64,000 bases of DNA from an uncultured Thermoplasmata archaeon (GTDB lineage: Archaea > Thermoplasmatota > Thermoplasmata > UBA10834): contig CAVRDX010000004.1 of the NCBI GenBank assembly GCA_963719945.1, positions 320,001-384,000 on the forward strand. The letters run 5' to 3'. Made by a program: the position numbers and the translations under genes. The number at the start of each line of letters is the position of its first letter. Within the stretch, counting starts at the first letter, position 1. Positions 40,069-48,323 of this stretch are shown piece after piece. The notes under the pieces were generated by a model that was not told where the DNA came from, made no database searches, and saw only the letters and a list, made by a program, of their open reading frames with translations.

Positions 40069-42474
40069 CTACTGTGGTGGCCCAGGTTCCTCAGGTGGTG
40101 GCGCGTGGTGGGTCATGGTCTCGGGCCTCTTCGGCTTCGATCCCATCTTGCCCTTCGCGAACGGCACGACTATGAGCAACACTATCATGACCAATATCAG
40201 CATCATGATGGTGAAGTCCGTCATGCTCATTCCGGCCACATCCTTCTCCCAGAGACCCTGGTCGGATTGCACGCTCATCGGCGTCCAATCGCTGGAGAGC
40301 CAAGCACCACTGACACCGTCGTATACAGTGGCCCAGACATCATAGCCTCCATCAGGTAGGTTCTGTGGCACCTCGATCGTGAATGTGCCGCTCGAAACAG
40401 TCGTCAGGAATGACCAGTCCTGGTCCTCCATGTCTGACGAGAACCATATCTCGTATACCGACAGCGGAGTCGCACCATTCGTCGTGATCGAATAGCCGAA
40501 GGTCACCACATCACCGGGCTCGAACGCTCCGGAGACGGTCTTAGAGCTGCTCTCGACCCAGATGCTGAGCATGTAGTCGTTCATCAGATAGACGGTCGCA
40601 CTTGCATCGACATTGTTGCCCAGTCCATCCTTCACCATTACAGTTGCTCTGTACCAGTTGGCCGGCTCTTCATCTGGGACTTGGTAGCTGAACGACCCGC
40701 TCTTCTGGAAGCTCAGAGCCGCCGAGGCGACTATGTCTCCCGAGTTGTCAGCGATCTCGTATGACAAAGACCCATTGGTCATTGCCGTGACAATCTGGTA
40801 GGTCCAGGTGACGATATCTCCGCCCGAATACATGTAGGTGCTAGGAGTGACTGCGAGATATGCCTTTTCGACATTCGCGTCATCCCAATTGCCCATCATG
40901 TAGCCGTTGACCATTGTGCCAGCCTCGACATATAGGCCACCGACATAGTCCGCCGGTATCTGGAAGACCACGCTGCTCATGTTCGTGTTGGCAGCCTCGA
41001 TGACCCCGTAGTCTCCTGAGATGATGTAGAAGATCGAGTTCTCGGTTATCTTGTCAACGCCCCAGTAGGTCTCGAATGTAACCGTCGCGCTCTGTCCGCT
41101 CCAGTAATCCTCAAGGTCAAAGCTGACTGCGAAGCTTCCATCCAATCCGACATCGAAGCTAGTCATCACGGTCATGGTGTTGCCTACCTTGGACACGGTC
41201 GCGGTTACGAGGTATGTGCCGGCATCTGCGTCCGTCGACAGAACGAACTCATGCTCGACCATTCCCTCGACGCCGGTCATGAGTTCGGTCGCACCGTACT
41301 CATCCAGCTCGACACCGTTCTTCTCGACCATGATCTCTACCTCTGCATCAGGCAAAGGTTCTGACCAGGTGCTGACCACGTCAGCGGACACGCTCACGAC
41401 GACCTTCTCGCCTGCGAGGTACATCTCGCTATCAGTCTCGACAGACACATCCATCATGCCTACCGAGAAGCTGATGTATGCTTCCTGGGACCTGTCATCT
41501 GAATCGTTCGCCCAGAAGGATATCTCGTAATCGGAGGTCAGGTTGATTCTGGCTGGTATGGTGAAATCCTCCGTTCCGTAATAGCTGGGTGAGAGATCGC
41601 CGGTCGCGTTGATCTGGACACCAGTGTCGTTGAACCAGCTGGCGGTCCACTCGATCCCGACATCTGTGTAGAATGCCAGTGTGGCCAAGTCGACCACCAT
41701 GTATTCCACGGTCACGCTCTCTCCGGGCAGGGCATATGACCTGTCCGAATCGATCATGAGCATGTACTTCATTACATCGAAGTAATCGTGGTACCATTCG
41801 ACATCCGTGACTTCCCACGTGACACTTATCCTGTACTCTCCATCCTTTGCGTCATCGGGAACAGTCCACACTTCGCTCCATACGCCTTCGTCATCGGCGG
41901 TCTGGAAGTCCCAGTGTTCGACCATGTGGTCGGTCTCGTTGGTTATCTCGACCCTGAATGCCTCGGTCTCACCGGTCAGGACGTTTATGGTCACTTCCTG
42001 TCCCGGGTAGTATTCGTACGAGGCCGGGTCAAGAGTCACGCCGCTCTTCTTTACTATGATCTGCGTGCTGGCAAATTCGACCCATCCGTATATCCCGTTG
42101 ACGAGCACGACGACATCGCATACCGTCATGTCTCCATCAATCCATACATCAGCGGTCAGCCACTCGCCGACATCAGAGCTGTTGTAATATCCATCGACTG
42201 GCTCGTTCGAGATCGCGTACAGATTGTCCTCGATCCATCCCTCTTGGCTGACAAGGTTAACCCTTATGTTGTCCGCCGTCAACGCGCCATCGTAGTAGAG
42301 TTCGACGTTCACATATACATGGTCGCCCTGGAAGAACACGTCTTTCAGTTCGCCAGAATCGTCTGTCGTCTGCACAGAGCCTGTGTAGTATATCTCTCCC
42401 TTAGTGGGGACAGAGACGAAAACCACAGCGACCATGCACAGCGCCAGCGCTATACTCAGAATCCTATTTTTCAT
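40069..42474 (-). CDS. Large acidic surface glycoprotein (S-layer-like) of tandem Ig/MG2-like domains with C-terminal TM
   Basis: Signal peptide and repeated 'D...Y.PG..V.' beta modules. Many N-X-S/T sequons (NSS, NET, NDT, NAT, NLT, NDS, NMS, NGS). TM followed by a Pro-rich tail; strong promoter upstream. Confidence 0.75.
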   Translation of the reverse strand: MKNRILSIALALCMVAVVFVSVPTKGEIYYTGSVQTTDDSGELKDVFFQGDHVYVNVELYYDGALTADNIRVNLVSQEGWIEDNLYAISNEPVDGYYNSSDVGEWLTADVWIDGDMTVCDVVVLVNGIYGWVEFASTQIIVKKSGVTLDPASYEYYPGQEVTINVLTGETEAFRVEITNETDHMVEHWDFQTADDEGVWSEVWTVPDDAKDGEYRISVTWEVTDVEWYHDYFDVMKYMLMIDSDRSYALPGESVTVEYMVVDLATLAFYTDVGIEWTASWFNDTGVQINATGDLSPSYYGTEDFTIPARINLTSDYEISFWANDSDDRSQEAYISFSVGMMDVSVETDSEMYLAGEKVVVSVSADVVSTWSEPLPDAEVEIMVEKNGVELDEYGATELMTGVEGMVEHEFVLSTDADAGTYLVTATVSKVGNTMTVMTSFDVGLDGSFAVSFDLEDYWSGQSATVTFETYWGVDKITENSIFYIISGDYGVIEAANTNMSSVVFQIPADYVGGLYVEAGTMVNGYMMGNWDDANVEKAYLAVTPSTYMYSGGDIVTWTYQIVTAMTNGSLSYEIADNSGDIVASAALSFQKSGSFSYQVPDEEPANWYRATVMVKDGLGNNVDASATVYLMNDYMLSIWVESSSKTVSGAFEPGDVVTFGYSITTNGATPLSVYEIWFSSDMEDQDWSFLTTVSSGTFTIEVPQNLPDGGYDVWATVYDGVSGAWLSSDWTPMSVQSDQGLWEKDVAGMSMTDFTIMMLILVMIVLLIVVPFAKGKMGSKPKRPETMTHHAPPPEEPGPPQ

Positions 42475-42489
42475 GGGCTATCCCATCCA

Positions 42490-42525
42490 AGTCCATTATT
42501 TGATGGACTATATATATACGTTTCG
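42490..42525 (-). promoter_or_regulatory. BRE/TATA promoter with downstream 7-bp inverted repeat
   Basis: Minus strand CGAAACG-TATATATA, followed by AGTCCAT-N6-ATGGACT (42490-42509). Confidence 0.6.
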
Positions 42526-42663
42526 TAAAAGAACACCTGACTATATAAGTGCCCCGAGTTCGCCGTAGGTTCCATAAGGCAATTGCAGATGTCGTTTTTG
42601 ACCACGGATTTTGTGCATAGTCACCCGCACGTAGCTGCGCGCACGCGAACTGAAAAGCACTCC

Positions 42664-43926
42664 TCATTCATCGTGATGATGATGGTCGTCCCGCTCTTTG
42701 TGCCCCGCGGTCGACCTCATCTCTTGGAGGTTCTCGGGACTGAACGGTGACATCGCCCTCAGCTTCTTCACGATGCCTGGCACCACCTCGATCACGTAGT
42801 CGATGTCATAATCGGTGTTGCTCCTCCCGAGGGTGAACTGCACTGCGCTCTGCGCCTCCTCGGTCGGTATGTCGCACGCCAGCAGGACGTGCGAAGGCAG
42901 GAGGCTCTTCGATGTACACGGAGAACTCGATGAGACGGATATGCCCATCATGTCAAGGTTGAGCAGCATCGACTCACCTTCGACGTATCTGAACCTGAAG
43001 TTCGCGTTGTTCGGCAGTCTCTTGGTCGGATGTCCGTTGAGGAACACGTCCTGTACATTGTCGCGCATCCCCTTGATCAGTCGGTCCCTTAGTCTCCCTA
43101 GCCTAGCACCTTCTTCCACCATCTCATTCGCTGCCAACTCGGCCGCGGTTCCGAACCCTACTATGCCTGGGACGTTCTCGGAGCCGGACCTCAGACCACG
43201 CTCCTGTCCGCCTCCCTGTCCCACCGCTTCGACTGATACACCGTCCTTCACGTATAACGCTCCCACACCCTTCGGCCCATACATGTCGTTCGAGGAGATC
43301 GTCATGAGATCCACCCCAAGGCCGCGCACGTCTATCGGCACCCTGCCCGCCGCGGCGACGGCGTCCACGTGGAACCTGATATCCTTCCCTCTGATCATGT
43401 CGCCGATCTCGGCTATCGGTTGGATCGTGCCTATCTCGTTGTTCGCGTACATCACGGAGACGAGGATGGTATCATCCCTGATCGAGCCCCTGAGCTGGTC
43501 TATATCGACGAATCCTTCAGGGGTGGGCGGCACGAAAGTCACTTCGAACCCGTTCTTCTGAAGATACTTCATGATGTTCAGGACTGAGATGTGTTCTATG
43601 GCAGAAGTGATGATGTGCATGCCCTTCTTCTGCATCCTCAACGCGGCGCCTTTGATGCCAAGGTTGCTCGCCTCAGTCCCGCCGGAGGTGAATATGATCT
43701 CTTCACATCTCTTGGCGTTGATGAGTCCTGCGACCTTCCCTCTGGCAGTCTCGACAGCTTTCTTCGGATCCCTACCCGAACTGTGCAAGGACGAGGGATT
43801 CCCGAAATTATCTGAAAAATAGGGCATCATCTCGCTGAGGACCCTCTCGTCCACAGGCGAGGCGGCTGCATAATCCATGTACACCTTCCTCTTCGTCCCG
43901 CTCTTATCGATGGATATCGTGCACAC
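42664..43926 (-). CDS. iscS: Cysteine desulfurase (IscS/NifS type) with His-rich tail
   Basis: FGNPSSLH, FTSGGTE, ANNEIGTIQ, HVDAV, RSGSENVPGI, catalytic loop SSSSPCTS. Note SSNDMYGPKG in place of the usual SxHKxxGPKG. Confidence 0.85.
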   Translation of the reverse strand: MCTISIDKSGTKRKVYMDYAAASPVDERVLSEMMPYFSDNFGNPSSLHSSGRDPKKAVETARGKVAGLINAKRCEEIIFTSGGTEASNLGIKGAALRMQKKGMHIITSAIEHISVLNIMKYLQKNGFEVTFVPPTPEGFVDIDQLRGSIRDDTILVSVMYANNEIGTIQPIAEIGDMIRGKDIRFHVDAVAAAGRVPIDVRGLGVDLMTISSNDMYGPKGVGALYVKDGVSVEAVGQGGGQERGLRSGSENVPGIVGFGTAAELAANEMVEEGARLGRLRDRLIKGMRDNVQDVFLNGHPTKRLPNNANFRFRYVEGESMLLNLDMMGISVSSSSPCTSKSLLPSHVLLACDIPTEEAQSAVQFTLGRSNTDYDIDYVIEVVPGIVKKLRAMSPFSPENLQEMRSTAGHKERDDHHHHDE

Positions 43927-43956
43927 ATCCTCCGAGGTAGAGATTCCGATCGTGAC

Positions 43957-44325
43957 CTAAAAGGTTAGCACCGCATCAGCTTCCAATGCGAGGTCGTTCA
44001 GCGTCGCCGCGCCCACTATCCTCGATGGTTGTTCGAACTCCTCGGGGGCCGCCTTGCTGCCCCACAGCTGCGCGCTCTGCGCACAGATCAGCATCTCCAC
44101 GCCAGCATTCGTGGCCTGGTCCATCACTTCCTTTAGGCTCGGGAAGCTCCCCATCTTGATCTTCTGAGGCTCCCCCTTCTTGATCGACAATATTCCTTTC
44201 GCGAGGAAGTACACGGTCGCATCGATGTTCATCGCGCGCGCCGTGGTCGCGAGGACGAACGGCGAGTATAGTCGTTCAGGCGTGTCGGGTCCTGATGTCT
44301 GAACGTACAGAATCTTCTTGCCCAT
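43957..44325 (-). CDS. DsrE family sulfur-relay protein
   Basis: SPFVLATTARAMNIDATVYF, ICAQS, VGAATL. ATG at 44325 after GGAGG. Confidence 0.88.
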   Translation of the reverse strand: MGKKILYVQTSGPDTPERLYSPFVLATTARAMNIDATVYFLAKGILSIKKGEPQKIKMGSFPSLKEVMDQATNAGVEMLICAQSAQLWGSKAAPEEFEQPSRIVGAATLNDLALEADAVLTF

Positions 44326-44353
44326 GACCAAATCCTCCATGAATCTCCGAGGC

Positions 44354-44608
44354 TCACGAAGTCCTCTTGATAAGGAATCTGAAGCCTTCGTCCGTCTTCT
44401 CGACGGATAATAGTTCGTGGCCCGTGTGTTTTGCCCAACTCCGGATATCAGATTCCGAGGCTGGGTCGTCTGCCAAGACCTCCAGGATCTGTCCAACCTG
44501 GACCTTCGAGATATCCTCTCTGGTCCTGAACACCGGCTCCGGACAGTAAAGACCGATGCAGTCGAGGGTCTTGGTGGGTCGGGGGAATCCATTGCCTCTA
44601 CCAGGCAT
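44354..44608 (-). CDS. tusA: Sulfurtransferase TusA family
   Basis: LDCIGLYCPEP, VLADDP..ESDIRSW...GHELL. Confidence 0.95.
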   Translation of the reverse strand: MPGRGNGFPRPTKTLDCIGLYCPEPVFRTREDISKVQVGQILEVLADDPASESDIRSWAKHTGHELLSVEKTDEGFRFLIKRTS

Positions 44609-44677
44609 AATTGTCCTCGAGTCGCCTCGGCAGACGACGTCCGTTTTAGTAACGGCGTTTAGGGATGGCCTTCTGTG

Positions 44678-44696
44678 TTGATAAGGGTTTTCCCAT
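44678..44696 (-). promoter_or_regulatory. BRE/TATA-like promoter for tusA-dsrE-iscS
   Basis: Minus strand GGGAAAACCCTTATCAA between the larC-like gene and tusA. Confidence 0.45.
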
Positions 44697-44728
44697 CCTA
44701 GTGTGGTGTTGGAGCCCTGCTCGTCTGA

Positions 44729-45457
44729 TCAGACTAGTCTGAGGGTGGTCCTTCCCAGCCTGCCCGCGAACCTCTTCGTTCCGAAGCCGATGCTCTTCCT
44801 CAAAGGATTCTCGGGCACATCGTCCGTCTGCCCGTTCATCAATGCGGAGATGGCCGCGACGCCCGTCGGGGTCGCCCTCTCTCCCGGACAATCTCCCGGC
44901 ACGTGGTCCAATGCCTTCAGCAGATGGGTCGTGGCAGGTGCTGGAAGCCTCATGGTGCCGTGTCCAGTCACCACGATCCCTCTTCCCGTCGTCACTGTGG
45001 AGGCCACGAACCCTCCTGGGAATTCCTTCTCCAGCAGGGTTGCGACGGCTCCGATCCCAGCTATGTTCATCATGGCCTGCGGTCTGCCTATCTCGTGCAG
45101 ATGAACCTCTTCAGGAGGGACGCCGTGTGCCGCGGCTTCGGCCTCGAAGATCCTGTCGAGGATGGCATGCGACGACTCTCTCCCGGAGCCCAGGCGAGCT
45201 GTTATGTCATCAATACATCTGTAGGCATCGAGGTATTCGGTCGTGCCTTCGCTCTGCATCTTCTGAACATATGAGATGCCTATGCCCTTGTCTCCAGAAT
45301 CCTCGACGTCGATGATGTGCATCGACAAACCCATCTCATCGGCTGCTGAGACAAGCTTTCGGATCGCGTCCTCTTTCACCGCTTCGGGCAGAAGATCGAT
45401 CATCGCTGCGAGCAGCATGTCGGCGGATATGCCCTCTCGCGCATCTATGTGAATCAC
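44729..45457 (-). CDS. larC: LarC-like nickel insertion protein, N-terminal domain only (DUF111)
   Basis: GISADMLLAAMID, AEAAAHG...VHLHEIG, HG..LPAPAT, ATPTG, GFGTK. Confidence 0.85.
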   Translation of the reverse strand: MIHIDAREGISADMLLAAMIDLLPEAVKEDAIRKLVSAADEMGLSMHIIDVEDSGDKGIGISYVQKMQSEGTTEYLDAYRCIDDITARLGSGRESSHAILDRIFEAEAAAHGVPPEEVHLHEIGRPQAMMNIAGIGAVATLLEKEFPGGFVASTVTTGRGIVVTGHGTMRLPAPATTHLLKALDHVPGDCPGERATPTGVAAISALMNGQTDDVPENPLRKSIGFGTKRFAGRLGRTTLRLV

Positions 45458-45527
45458 GGATATCTTGAATGCGAATGTCCGAGATAATCGTTCTGTAGCC
45501 TCAGAAGTGGATGGAACCGGTCGACCA

Positions 45528-46397
45528 TCACTTGGCCTTGACCTTCCTGGTCTTGAGTTTCCGCTGCTTCGGTTTCTCGGCCGGAGCCGTCTCAGGCTCC
45601 TTCTTCTCGACTTCTTCTTCCTTCTCCGGAGGCTCCTCTTGACGAAGCTCTTCGACTGGTTCAGGTTCCTGAGGTACGATCACCGGCTGGTCTACCTCCT
45701 GGGCAGGTTCCACCGGCTCAGGTACGGCCACGGGTTCGATGATCTCCGCCGGTGGCTCGGGCCGTGGTTCTTCCACCGCTTCGGCCCTCGTCTCCTCCTC
45801 TATCTGCGGAACAACGACCTCTTCCTCGGTCGCCACCTCGACGACCTCAGGCTCGAGATCCGATGGTACCTCGGCTTCATGGATGATAGTCTCAGCGACG
45901 ATCTCTTCGGGGCCGGTCTCTTCCGCAATTTGCCCGATGGATGCGAAGTCAGAGCCGCACTCATCGCATTTTAGAGCCTCTGCTGCGACCAAGGCCGCGC
46001 AGATCGGACATTGGTAGCTCACGTTATCATCGAATGTCGCGCCGCACTTCGGACATCGTGCTTCCGTCCCGTCGAGCATCCACGAGCAACTGGGGCAGCT
46101 GAGCTTCTTGTCCTCCTCCCTGACCTGCTGCGATTCGATTGCGATTATCTCGGTCAGCAAGATGTCTATGCTCTCGTCCGTGTTCCTGCTATCCGACTTC
46201 GAATAGAACTCTCTATAGGCGACATGACACGATGGACAACTCACGGATGTCGGGTCCACATGCTCTCCGCAGAACGGGCACTCGAAAAGCGTGTTCTTGC
46301 CATATCTGACGCTGCACCTCGGGCACGCCTCCTCGCGACCTGTCACTCTGAAGCCGCATGTAGGGCAGCCAAACAGTTTCTTCCCGTCAATAGCCAT
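45528..46397 (-). CDS. Multi zinc-ribbon protein with acidic Pro/Glu linker and basic tail
   Basis: Eight CxxC motifs (CPTC, CPRC, CPFC, CPSC, CPSC, CPKC, CPIC, CDEC). Confidence 0.85.
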   Translation of the reverse strand: MAIDGKKLFGCPTCGFRVTGREEACPRCSVRYGKNTLFECPFCGEHVDPTSVSCPSCHVAYREFYSKSDSRNTDESIDILLTEIIAIESQQVREEDKKLSCPSCSWMLDGTEARCPKCGATFDDNVSYQCPICAALVAAEALKCDECGSDFASIGQIAEETGPEEIVAETIIHEAEVPSDLEPEVVEVATEEEVVVPQIEEETRAEAVEEPRPEPPAEIIEPVAVPEPVEPAQEVDQPVIVPQEPEPVEELRQEEPPEKEEEVEKKEPETAPAEKPKQRKLKTRKVKAK

Positions 46398-46605
46398 CGA
46401 TTCTAACCTAGACTTCTGATGGCTCTGCCCTGCCTAAACATTTTCGGTAGTCTCGGGTCGAAAAGTCCACCTAGGTCAAGTGAGCACGATGTGCAGCAAG
46501 TGATATATCATTCACAGTCCATAACGCACTGGTACCGACACGTTGCAGGTGGGTTGGTTCGCGCCCGCAACTCTGAACGAGAGATTGACTTGTGAGGTGT
46601 CTTCC

Positions 46606-47332
46606 ATGGGTTCTGGACGGTCATGTCGGAGACTATCGCTTCTTATCATGGCAGTGGCACTGTCCTCGATGTTCGTCTTCGTCTCGGTCCTTCCTGGTCG
46701 TTCGGACGATGTCAAGCGAATGGTCACGCTCGATGAACCACCAGACCCAGTAGCGATAATCGATCCATTGAACGATGTTGTATCGATCGGCAGCTGGGGG
46801 GTTTTGAACAGCTCGCAATCGTATGACCCGGGTGGCGGCATCATCACGAACAGGACCTGGATGGTCACATACAACAACACTCATGAATTCAACTACTCAT
46901 GGTACTTCCAGTACAAGTTCAGGGAACTGGGTCTTTACAAGATACAGCTGACGGTTACCAACGCATTGGGGCACACAGGCACCAATTTCACAGCAGTGAT
47001 ATCGGTCATCGATTACGACCATGACGAGCTCCCGGACTGGTGGGAGAATGCATATTTCGGCGACATCGCGCAGAATGCCAGCGATAATCCGGATGGGGAC
47101 AGTTACGACAATTTCCATGAGTACATAGTCCGACACCAACCCTTTGGTGTTTGACGAAGCCATCCCTCCCAGCTTCTTCGAGAAGTACTGGTCATACATC
47201 GCAGGTTCCGCGGCTGCGGCCCTGGCTGCATTCGCCATTCTCTACCCACGATACCGTAGGAAGATGAAGGATACGGAGCGCAAGAAGATGGAATATGCGA
47301 TCGAGATCGAGAAGTCCCTGGACGAGGAGTGA
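46606..47332 (+). CDS. PKD-domain surface protein with Ca-binding DxDxD repeats and C-terminal TM (one +1 frameshift at 47130-47131)
   Basis: SYDPGG...GLYKIQLTVTN, DYDHDELPDWWE, PDGDSYDNFHEY. Continues as DTNPLVFDE...TM-RYRRK in the next frame. Confidence 0.8.
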
Positions 47333-47340
47333 ACCATCCG

Positions 47341-48135
47341 TCAGATCGTGAATGCGATCACTATCGATCCGAGGATCGCACAGTACGCTCCAAAGATCCA
47401 CAGCCTTCCAGACTTGACCGCTTTTAGAAGGAACCCGATGGATGCGAGCCCGGTCAGGAAGGCGGACACGGCGCCGATCGACATGATGATCACATCAGAA
47501 TCGTAGCTGTCCAGGTTGACCATCCCGTATGCGAACGCTGCCACGAGCGCTGGTACGGACAGCAGGAACGCGAATGTCGCTGCGACCTCCCGCTCCACTC
47601 CTGTGAAGAGCCCTCCGGATATGGTCGATCCACTCCTGGATATGCCCGGAACTATCGCGACCGCCTGAAATATGCCTGCGACCATGGCCTCGACGAACCC
47701 GACGCTCTTCTTCACATTCTTCGTTCCTGACCTCTCCGCGAGTACCAGGATGGATGCGTTGATGAGTAATGCGACTCCGACTAGCTGCAGTGTGAAGATC
47801 TCCTCCACGACATCGGTGAGCAGTATTCCTGTGATCCCCACGGGAATCGTGGCGATGAGTATGAGGTATCCGAGCTTGCGGAGCTGATCGTCGTTCTTGT
47901 TCCGCACTTCCTTGCTCATGAACATCGCCGAGAAGATCTTGAGTATCTCTCTTCGGAAATACACGCACACCGCAGCGAGAGTACCTGCGTGGACGAACAG
48001 GTCGAATAACAGGTTCTCCTCAGCCGACATGCCGAGCAGCTCCTGTGCTATGACCAGGTGGCCCGAGCTTGATACAGGTAGCCATTCGGTGATTCCCTGG
48101 ATGATGCCGAGCAGCAGTGCGTGGATCAGGTCCAT
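47341..48135 (-). CDS. uppP: Undecaprenyl/polyprenyl-diphosphate phosphatase (BacA)
   Basis: QGITEWLPVSSSGHL, HAGT, PGISRSGSTI, FAFLLSVP. Confidence 0.96.
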   Translation of the reverse strand: MDLIHALLLGIIQGITEWLPVSSSGHLVIAQELLGMSAEENLLFDLFVHAGTLAAVCVYFRREILKIFSAMFMSKEVRNKNDDQLRKLGYLILIATIPVGITGILLTDVVEEIFTLQLVGVALLINASILVLAERSGTKNVKKSVGFVEAMVAGIFQAVAIVPGISRSGSTISGGLFTGVEREVAATFAFLLSVPALVAAFAYGMVNLDSYDSDVIIMSIGAVSAFLTGLASIGFLLKAVKSGRLWIFGAYCAILGSIVIAFTI

Positions 48136-48323
48136 TACGTGGTCAAAAGAGATTCTCCCTATTCAAGCTTCTCCAAACCTGACGGATATATCAAACTAGA
48201 TAACAGAGGGAAAACGTATTTATCGCTAGGAATGGCTTGGATGCCCTTGGAATCGATCAGTTGAATCTCCTTGCTCTCGGCAGCTAGATAGTCTGTCGTT
48301 GCAGGAATCTCAGGGTAGTTTGT

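Noticed and set aside
46222-46240. CxxCH (CPSCH) in the multi zinc-ribbon protein as a heme c site and CcmF substrate
   Set aside because: No signal peptide or TM, and it is one of eight paired CxxC zinc knuckles in a cytoplasmic protein.
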